Shown piece by piece: positions 25,792 to 32,340 of a stretch of 64,000 nt of DNA. Origin of the DNA: a virus; IMG/VR virus record IMGVR_UViG_3300013013_000010. One strand, given 5' to 3'. The stretch's first letter is position 1. Every line of letters begins with the position of its first letter. The position numbers were made by a program, and so were the translations under genes. Below the pieces are notes generated by a model. That model was not told the DNA's origin. It saw nothing but the letters and a program-made list of their open reading frames with translations, and made no database searches.

Positions 25792-25820
25792 TTGTCCAAC
25801 TACCTTCCGTAATGTACGGT
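25792..25820 (+). promoter_or_regulatory. Promoter for a leaderless transcript of 25828
   Basis: TTGTCC-N17-TACGGT with TG extension; ATG 7 nt downstream. Confidence 0.6.
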
Positions 25821-25827
25821 TCGCCCC

Positions 25828-26010
25828 ATGGCGAGCCGCGACCCCGAGTCCCAGTCCCAGCCGCAGGCGCCCCTCACCCCGCTGGTGTCAGACGCGGTGG
25901 CCGTTCACGAGGTCTACCGGGCACTGCGCGACGCCGGGTTCTCCCAGCCCGAGGCCCTATACCTCACCGCCTGCACCCTGCGCTCCCAGTCGCCGGAGCC
26001 GCCGGGGTGA
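25828..26010 (+). CDS. Small conserved phage protein (HE.Y.AL..AGF...EAL)
   Basis: Motif recalled from actinophage small proteins; promoter-proximal. Confidence 0.7.
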   Translation: MASRDPESQSQPQAPLTPLVSDAVAVHEVYRALRDAGFSQPEALYLTACTLRSQSPEPPG

Positions 26011-26204
26011 AGACCGTGGCGCTGCCCGCGGCCCTCATCGACGCCGCCCGCGTCCTGGCAGCGGCCCAGCGCTCCACCATCCGTCAGGTGGTCACCGACG
26101 CTCTCACCGCCCACCTGGCCGCCCACTCCATCCCCGTGCTGCCCGCGGCCCCGCTGCCCGGCCAGCAGACCCTGTTCGCCCTCCAGGAGGACCCCGCCCC
26201 GTGA
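26007..26204 (+). CDS. Ribbon-helix-helix (CopG-like) protein
   Basis: KTVALPAALIDAARVLAAAQRSTIRQVVTDAL; GTGA overlap. Confidence 0.65.
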   Translation: MKTVALPAALIDAARVLAAAQRSTIRQVVTDALTAHLAAHSIPVLPAAPLPGQQTLFALQEDPAP

Positions 26205-26548
26205 TGCCCCCCACCGCCCCCCGCACCTTCGGCGAGGCCGAACTCCTCGACGACGAGGCCGACACCAACCCGTCCTGGCCCCAGCCCGCCGACTTCGTCG
26301 GCCACGGCGCCCCCGCGGCCCTGGTCCGCGACGCCCTGGGCACCGCCGCCCTCTGCGTGGCCTTCCTGCGCGGCCTGCAGGCCGGGGGCGTCACCCCCCA
26401 CGCCCAGGTGCTGCTGGCCAACACCTTCCTGCGCGGCCTGGTCACCGACCTGGAGCCGGGCGAGGCGAGCGCCGAGGACGACGAGCTGGCCGACATGGCC
26501 GACATGGCCACCGCGCCGGAGAACTACGCCGAGGCCCCCGGTGACTGA
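26201..26548 (+). CDS. Hypothetical protein
   Basis: Coupled ORF. Confidence 0.65.
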   Translation: MMPPTAPRTFGEAELLDDEADTNPSWPQPADFVGHGAPAALVRDALGTAALCVAFLRGLQAGGVTPHAQVLLANTFLRGLVTDLEPGEASAEDDELADMADMATAPENYAEAPGD

Positions 26549-26852
26549 GCCGACCGCCACCACCGCCGCCGCCGCCCCGCCGGTCCCCACCCCCGAGGTC
26601 CTCGCCCGCTTCGGCGAGCGCGCCCAGGACCTGGCCCTGCTCACCGGCATGGTCGTCACGGCCGTGGCCCTGGGGGGCCCCGCCGACCCGCGCATCCACG
26701 TCGAGCCGCTGGTCGCCGACGACGGCGACTACACCAACGCCGCGCTGCTCACCTACGGCGGGCTGACCTACCAGCTCAGCGTGCACCCGGTCCAGGGCAG
26801 CGCCCCCGCCGAGGAGGAGCGCTACACCCCGGCCGGGTGGTTCCGGCCGTGA
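26541..26852 (+). CDS. Hypothetical protein
   Basis: Coupled ORF. Confidence 0.65.
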   Translation: MTEPTATTAAAAPPVPTPEVLARFGERAQDLALLTGMVVTAVALGGPADPRIHVEPLVADDGDYTNAALLTYGGLTYQLSVHPVQGSAPAEEERYTPAGWFRP

Positions 26853-27136
26853 GGCGCATCGCCGAGATGGGCGCCGCGCGCGGCCCCGACGTTCTCGTCG
26901 CCGAGGCCATCAAGCTCGGCGAGGCGATCTCTTCGCAGGGCACCCGTGGCCTGGTCCTGTCGGTCACCGGGCACCGCGGCAGCAAGGACGCCCAGGTCCT
27001 GGTGGTCATCACCCTGCGCAGCCTCGCCGCGCTCGTGGGCGCAGCCATGGCCACCTTCGGTGAGGAGGCGGAGTTCGCCGACGCGCTCATCGAGGCCGTC
27101 GAGCTGCTGGCCGACGATCCGCCCGCCCAGCCATGA
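26849..27136 (+). CDS. Hypothetical protein (paralog of 23971-24261)
   Basis: See the paralog. Confidence 0.65.
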   Translation: MRRIAEMGAARGPDVLVAEAIKLGEAISSQGTRGLVLSVTGHRGSKDAQVLVVITLRSLAALVGAAMATFGEEAEFADALIEAVELLADDPPAQP

Positions 27137-27738
27137 AGAAGATCCCCACCCTGTTCCGCCGCGACCCGGCGAACCGGGCTACCGTCATCCCCGAGGTCAC
27201 CCCCGGCTGCGAGTGGGTCCTGGCAGGCGAGGGCGTGGCCACCCGCAAGTACGACGGCACCGCGGTCCTCATCCGCGACCTCATCATGTACAAGCGCCGC
27301 GAGGCCCCCTTCGGCCGCCCCCTGCCGCCGGGGTTCGTCCTGGCCGACACCGACGACAACACCGGCAAGCGCGTCGGCTGGGTGCCCGTCGATCCGTCCT
27401 CCCCCGAGGACCGCTGGCACGTCGAGGCGTTCACCCGGCCGCTGGCGCGCTTCTCGGACTCCGACCCGGCGGTCCCCGTCGTCGAGCCGATCTCCTGGCC
27501 CGACGGCACCTACGAACTCGTCGGCCCCAAGGTCCAGGGCAACCCCGAGAACTTCCCCTCCCACACCCTCATCCGCCACGCCGACGCCCCCGTGTTCCCC
27601 ACCGCGCCGCGCGACTACGGCGGCCTGTACGCCTTCCTGACCGACCCGTCATTCACCCACGAGGGCCTGGTCTGGCACCACCCCGACGGGCGCATGGCCA
27701 AGCTCAAGCACCGCGACTTCCCGCGCCCGCGCGACTGA
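27133..27738 (+). CDS. ATP-dependent RNA ligase-like nucleotidyltransferase (DUF5565/C12orf29-like)
   Basis: Motif I ATRKYDGT; GWVP; DGTYELVG..V.GNP; EGLVWH; MAKLK. Confidence 0.8.
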   Translation: MKKIPTLFRRDPANRATVIPEVTPGCEWVLAGEGVATRKYDGTAVLIRDLIMYKRREAPFGRPLPPGFVLADTDDNTGKRVGWVPVDPSSPEDRWHVEAFTRPLARFSDSDPAVPVVEPISWPDGTYELVGPKVQGNPENFPSHTLIRHADAPVFPTAPRDYGGLYAFLTDPSFTHEGLVWHHPDGRMAKLKHRDFPRPRD

Positions 27739-27761
27739 CCGCCCCGGCTACCCTGCCCGCC

Positions 27762-27953
27762 ATGTCCGCTCCGCCCCCCGTGCGCGTGGTCAAGGTGGTC
27801 CTCACCTGCCCGCACTGCACGCTCAAGCTGCGCCACACCGTCTCCTGGCACCCCGACCACCCCGACCCCTTCCCGGGGCTGGAGTGCCCGTGGTGCCGGG
27901 AGTACATCGACACCTTCGACGTGCGCGCGCAGGCCAGCCCGCCGTCACCGTGA
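27762..27953 (+). CDS. Small zinc-ribbon protein
   Basis: CPHC...CPWC; TACCCT 7 nt before the ATG. Confidence 0.65.
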   Translation: MSAPPPVRVVKVVLTCPHCTLKLRHTVSWHPDHPDPFPGLECPWCREYIDTFDVRAQASPPSP

Positions 27954-28060
27954 CCTGCGTCCCCCTGGCCTCCGCCGCCTCCCGCCGCCCCTGCCGCCCC
28001 CCGCACCGTGCCACCGCGGTATCATGGCTCCGTCAGCAGGACCGAGCGAGGAGCCCCGCC

Positions 28061-28282
28061 GTGACCGACACGACTAGAGCACTGACGGTGCGGTTGCCGG
28101 AACAGCAGTCCGATGATCTGGACCTGGTGGCCGAGGCGGACGGCAAGCCCCGCGCGGAGGTCATCCGCGAGGCGCTGGCCGAGCACGTCGCCCGGCGCAA
28201 GGCCGACCCGGAGTTCCGGGCCTGGATCGAGGCCAACCTGACCCGGTTCCGCTCCGTCCTGGAGCGACTGGAGCAGACGTGA
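28061..28282 (+). CDS. RHH/CopG-family antitoxin
   Basis: ALTVRLP.....LD..A...G..RAEVIREAL; GGAG RBS; TATCAT -10 at 28020; overlaps the Doc gene. Confidence 0.85.
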   Translation: MTDTTRALTVRLPEQQSDDLDLVAEADGKPRAEVIREALAEHVARRKADPEFRAWIEANLTRFRSVLERLEQT

Positions 28283-28683
28283 CCACCACCTACCTCGACC
28301 TGGGCGACTGGGTCGTCCTGGCCGCCCGCGCCACCGGGATGTCGGAGTCCACGGTGCTCGCGGTGGCCGACCTGGGGCTGGCCGACTCGGCGTTGAACGC
28401 GCCCGCCGCCAGCTTCGGGGGGGTCGAGTTCTACCCCACCATCCCGCTCAAGGCGGCGGTCCTGATCGAGCACCTGGTCAAGGCCCACGCCCTGCCCGAC
28501 GGCAACAAGCGCACCGCCTGGCTGTCCGGCGTGCGCTTCATGGCCGTCAACGGCTGGCAGTTGCACCTGCCCGCCCACGACGCCGACACCCTGGTCGACC
28601 TGCTCGTGGCCCTGGCCGCCGGGCAGCTCGCCTCCGAGAAGTGGCACGGGTGGCTGGCCGAACGCATGTACGGCCCCCGCTGA
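28279..28683 (+). CDS. doc: Doc/Fic-family (death-on-curing) toxin
   Basis: SAL.AP...FGG.EFYP....KAA.L...L.K.HALPDGNKRTAW. Confidence 0.9.
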   Translation: MTTTYLDLGDWVVLAARATGMSESTVLAVADLGLADSALNAPAASFGGVEFYPTIPLKAAVLIEHLVKAHALPDGNKRTAWLSGVRFMAVNGWQLHLPAHDADTLVDLLVALAAGQLASEKWHGWLAERMYGPR

Positions 28684-28690
28684 CCCCGGG

Positions 28691-28717
28691 CGCGGGCGGG
28701 GTAGCTCCCCGCCCGCG
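28691..28717 (+). terminator. GC-rich hairpin after the TA operon
   Basis: Perfect 11-bp stem CGCGGGCGGGG/CCCCGCCCGCG with 5-nt loop; no U tract. Confidence 0.55.
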
Positions 28718-28853
28718 ACACTTCCCGCGACACGCCCCGCTCAGGTGGGGACTTTCCTGGTGGTCGCGTTTGTCGCCGGGCCGGGCTACCGCCAACCCGA
28801 CCTCCCCCTGGTCTAAAGTCCACACACCTCGCTAATCAGCCAAAGGTGTCGAA

Positions 28854-29423
28854 ATGGCCATCGTCAAGTACCGCGTGACCGGGATCTCACCGCTGCTCAT
28901 GGACAACCCCGCCGGGCTGCTCGCGCCCAAGTCCTCCGGCGCGCGCACGCGCCACGTGCCCAGCCCCAGCGAGGAGGCCGAGGCCGCTGCCTACCGCCTC
29001 CCCGACGGGGACCTGTACTTCCCCGCCCTGGCCTTCCGCCGAGCGCTCATCGACGGGGGGACCGGCCGCAAGATCGGCACCCGCGGTGCCATCTCCGTCA
29101 TTGCCGGAAGCGTGTTCCTGCCTGACGACGCCCCCCTGGAGGTGCCCCTCGTGGACCCCGACACCGACAAGCCGCTGCGCGAGTACGAGGTGGACGTCCA
29201 GCGCGCTGTCTTGAGGGCCAACAAGGCTGCCGTGGCCCGCGCCCGACCGCGACTGAACTCCTGGGCGGCCGACGTCGCCTTCGACTACCAGGACGACGTC
29301 TACCCCCGGGGGCCCGAGTTGCTGACCGAGGTCTTCACGCTGGCCGGGACGGCCGTCGGCATCGGCAACTACCGCCCGCAGAAGGGCGGGATCTTCGGCC
29401 GCTTCCGCGTCGAGCTGGCCTAG
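28854..29423 (+). CDS. Stand-alone RAMP/Cas7-like protein (Vipr-like candidate)
   Basis: N-terminal beta strand plus G.SPLL; G.LYFP...FRRAL..G; R.RP....W...F; C-terminal Gly-rich loop AG...GIGNYRP..GG.FGRF.V typical of RAMP RRM folds. Confidence 0.7.
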   Translation: MAIVKYRVTGISPLLMDNPAGLLAPKSSGARTRHVPSPSEEAEAAAYRLPDGDLYFPALAFRRALIDGGTGRKIGTRGAISVIAGSVFLPDDAPLEVPLVDPDTDKPLREYEVDVQRAVLRANKAAVARARPRLNSWAADVAFDYQDDVYPRGPELLTEVFTLAGTAVGIGNYRPQKGGIFGRFRVELA

Positions 29424-29427
29424 TCGT

Positions 29428-29717
29428 CGCATCGCCCCGCTTCGCGCCGCTCGCCAACGCGAGGCATGGCATGGCATGGCACCGCACCGACCCCCCGGCT
29501 TCTGTCCCAGCGCCGCACCGCACCGGCGCTTGGCTACGCGACGCGCCTCGTCGCAACGCCTCGCAACGCACCGCGCCCCTACGCGCAGCACCGCTCCGCA
29601 CCGGACCCCCCATTCACCTTTCTACTCCGCGACGCCCGGCACGGCGCCGCGACGCACCCCCTCGCACCGCGTCGCACCGCCCGGCTCCGCAACCCCTGGC
29701 TCCGCTCCGCACCGGCA
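29428..29717 (+). ncRNA. Three tracts of (C/G)GC-NN pentamers: candidate guide-RNA array
   Basis: Tracts 29428-492 (13 units), 29527-606 (16) and 29628-717 (18); 38 of 47 triplets are CGC or GGC; each tract ends in CGCACCG(G/A); transcribed strand assumed from the flanking genes. Confidence 0.75.
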
Positions 29718-29736
29718 CCAACCGAAGGCCCTCCGC

Positions 29737-30390
29737 ATGCGCATCGCCGACCTCGTCCTGGACCCGTCCATCTACCCCCGGGCCCAGGTCGACCTGCCCC
29801 ACGTCTCCCGGCTCATCGACGCCATCGAGGCCGGGCACGCCCTCCCATCCATCACCGTGGAGCGACGCACCTCCCGCGTCATCGACGGTTGGCACCGCCT
29901 CCATGCCCACAAGAAGCTCTACGGCGAGAACGCCGACATCCGCGTGGACCTCCAGGACTACCCCGACGAGGCTGCCGCCTTCCTCGCCGCGGTCCGCGCC
30001 AACTCCCAGCACGGCCGCACCTACTCCGCCTACGACCGAACGCGCTGCCTGGCGCGGCTCGCTGCCCTGGGCGTTCAGCCGCAGCTCGCCGCCGACGCCC
30101 TCGGGCTGTCCGTGCAGAAGGCCGACCGGCTGACCATCAAGCGCACGGCCCACGTCGGCGACGCCATGGTCGCCGTCAAGCAGTCCACCCAGCACCTGGC
30201 GGGTACCACCATCACCGAGCGCCAGCACGAGGGCATCAAGCGGGCGGGCGGCAACAACTTCACCTTCTACGCGGGTCAGCTTGCCAGCGCGCTCGAACAC
30301 GACCTGGTCGACCGGCGCAACGCCAACCTCCGGGCCCACCTGGAGCGCCTCTACGGCCTGCTCGCGGACCACCTGGCCGAGCCCGACTGA
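29737..30390 (+). CDS. ParB-like N-terminal domain protein with HTH
   Basis: L.LDP..YPR...L..I..G..LP.I.V.....VIDG.HRL.A; N..HGR; ATG at 29737. Confidence 0.8.
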   Translation: MRIADLVLDPSIYPRAQVDLPHVSRLIDAIEAGHALPSITVERRTSRVIDGWHRLHAHKKLYGENADIRVDLQDYPDEAAAFLAAVRANSQHGRTYSAYDRTRCLARLAALGVQPQLAADALGLSVQKADRLTIKRTAHVGDAMVAVKQSTQHLAGTTITERQHEGIKRAGGNNFTFYAGQLASALEHDLVDRRNANLRAHLERLYGLLADHLAEPD

Positions 30391-30435
30391 CCCCACCACT
30401 TCCACCCACCGTCACCTGCGCGCTACTCTCCGCGC

Positions 30436-31911
30436 ATGTCGGACACTTCCTCCGCGGCGCCCTCCCCCACCCCCGCGCCCGCCCCCGTCCGCAAGGCCGT
30501 CACCTCCTTCGCCGAACTCGGCACCACCGGCCTGACCCAGTTCAACGGCCGCGTCGCCGACGACTTCCTGCTGGAACTGCGCGGGGAGCGCGGGCGCAAG
30601 GTCCTGCGCGAGATGGCCGACAACGACCCGGTCATCGGCGCCGAGCTGTTCGCCCTGGACATGCTCATGCGCCAGGTCGAGTGGACCGTGGAGCCCGCCA
30701 ACCCCAACACCCCGACCGCCAGGCAGGAAGAACTCGCCGAGTTCGTGTGGACCAACCTGCACGACATGTCGATGACCTGGCACGACACCATCTCCTCCAT
30801 TCTCTCCATGGCCGTCTACGGCTGGTCGTTCCACGAGATCGTCTACAAGCGCCGCTTGGGCTACAACGACGACCCCTCGGCCACCTCGGCGCACTCCGAC
30901 GGCAAGATCGGCTGGCGCAAGCTGCCGATCCGCCTGCAGAACACCCTGTACCGCTGGGAGTTCGACGCCAACGGCGGCGTGCAGGGCATGTGGCAGTCCG
31001 CCCTGCCCGACTTCAAGCCGCGCCTGATCCCCATCTCCGCGGCACTCCTCTTCCGCACCTCCACGGCCACCGGTTCGCCCGAGGGCCGCTCGATGCTGCG
31101 CAACGCCTACCGGCCCTGGTACTTCAAGCAGCGCATCGAGGAGATCGAGGGCACCGGCGTCGAGCGCGACCTGGCCGGGCTGCCCGTCGCCTGGGTGCCC
31201 CCATCGATGCTGTCCTCCGACGCCTCCGCGGTGGAGAAGGATGCACTCACCCAGATCCAAGAGACCGTGAAGATGATCCGCCGCGACGCCAATGAGGGCA
31301 TCATCTTCCCCCTGTCCTACGACGAGTCAGGGAAGAAGACCCACGACCTGACGCTGCTGTCCACCGGCGGCTCGCGCCAGTTCGACACCAACGCGATCAT
31401 CAACCGCTACAACCAGTCCATCGCCATGACCGCGCTGGCCGACTTCATCCTCCTGGGCCACGACAAGGTCGGCTCGTTCGCGCTGGGCTCCACCAAGGTC
31501 GGCCTGTTCACCACCGCCATGTGGGCCTGGCTGAACATGATCGCCTCGGTGTTCAACGCCTACGCCATCCCGCGGCTGCTCAAGCGCAACGGCGAGGACC
31601 CCGCCGACTCCCCGCGCCTGGTCCCCGGCGAGGTCGCCCAGGTGTCGCTGCCCGAGATCGGCGAGTACATCACCTCCCTGGCCGGGGCCGGGGTCACCCT
31701 GTTCCCCGACGCCGGGCTCGAAGCCCACCTGCGCCAGCTCGGCGGCCTGCCGCAGAAGTCTGCCGAGGCCGAGGCCGCCCAGGAGCAGGCCGCCGAACTC
31801 GCCGCCCTGGCCGCCGCTCCCGGCGGGGTCCCTGGCCGTCCCGCCAAGCCCGACGGCAACCCCCGCCCCGAGCGCCAGCCGTCCGCGGCCACCGGCGCCC
31901 GCAACGTCTAG
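30436..31911 (+). CDS. Portal protein (DUF935/Mu gp29-like)
   Basis: ELG.TG..; M..ND..IGA; KLPIR.Q.T..RW.FD; PEGRS.LR.AY..W.FK; ER..AGLP. Confidence 0.9.
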   Translation: MSDTSSAAPSPTPAPAPVRKAVTSFAELGTTGLTQFNGRVADDFLLELRGERGRKVLREMADNDPVIGAELFALDMLMRQVEWTVEPANPNTPTARQEELAEFVWTNLHDMSMTWHDTISSILSMAVYGWSFHEIVYKRRLGYNDDPSATSAHSDGKIGWRKLPIRLQNTLYRWEFDANGGVQGMWQSALPDFKPRLIPISAALLFRTSTATGSPEGRSMLRNAYRPWYFKQRIEEIEGTGVERDLAGLPVAWVPPSMLSSDASAVEKDALTQIQETVKMIRRDANEGIIFPLSYDESGKKTHDLTLLSTGGSRQFDTNAIINRYNQSIAMTALADFILLGHDKVGSFALGSTKVGLFTTAMWAWLNMIASVFNAYAIPRLLKRNGEDPADSPRLVPGEVAQVSLPEIGEYITSLAGAGVTLFPDAGLEAHLRQLGGLPQKSAEAEAAQEQAAELAALAAAPGGVPGRPAKPDGNPRPERQPSAATGARNV

Positions 31912-31919
31912 GAGTCCCC

Positions 31920-32150
31920 GTGCCGCTGCCCCGCGCCCGCATCCGCACCAACCGCTGGGGGTCGCCCGAGCGGGTGGAGGTCCTGCCCGCCGACGCCCCC
32001 GACCCCCTCGACGCCCGCGAATGGGTTGTGATCCCCGGCGTCCACGACGTCACCACCTACGTGCGCCCCGGCGACATCCCTGAGCTGGTGCTGACCATCA
32101 AGGTCGCCGAGCTGGCGATCGGCCCGGCCGACGACGATGGCGGCGCCTGA
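31920..32150 (+). CDS. Hypothetical protein
   Basis: GGAG RBS; GTG at 31920. Confidence 0.6.
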   Translation: MPLPRARIRTNRWGSPERVEVLPADAPDPLDAREWVVIPGVHDVTTYVRPGDIPELVLTIKVAELAIGPADDDGGA

Positions 32151-32340
32151 TCCCTGCCCGGAGCCCCAATCCCCGGACCCGATGCGCTGGGACGAGGTCT
32201 ACGTCGAGCCCGTCCGCCCCACCATCGAGGTCAAGGTCGCCGACCGGCCCGACCCGCCGCGCCTGCTGGGCCCCGACGGCCGCCCCCTCCCCCGCCTGGC
32301 CCACCGCTTCGGCTTCGCCCCGGCACCGGAGTGGTCCTAG
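32137..32340 (+). CDS. Hypothetical protein
   Basis: Overlapping gene chain. Confidence 0.55.
   Translation: MAAPDPCPEPQSPDPMRWDEVYVEPVRPTIEVKVADRPDPPRLLGPDGRPLPRLAHRFGFAPAPEWS

Noticed and set aside
29335-29736. ORFs across the pentamer array (MAWHGTAP..., MAWHRTDP..., MGGPVRSGAARRGAVRC...)
   Set aside because: Artefacts of the 5-nt repeat; a period of 5 is incompatible with codon structure. The real ParB-like start is ATG 29737
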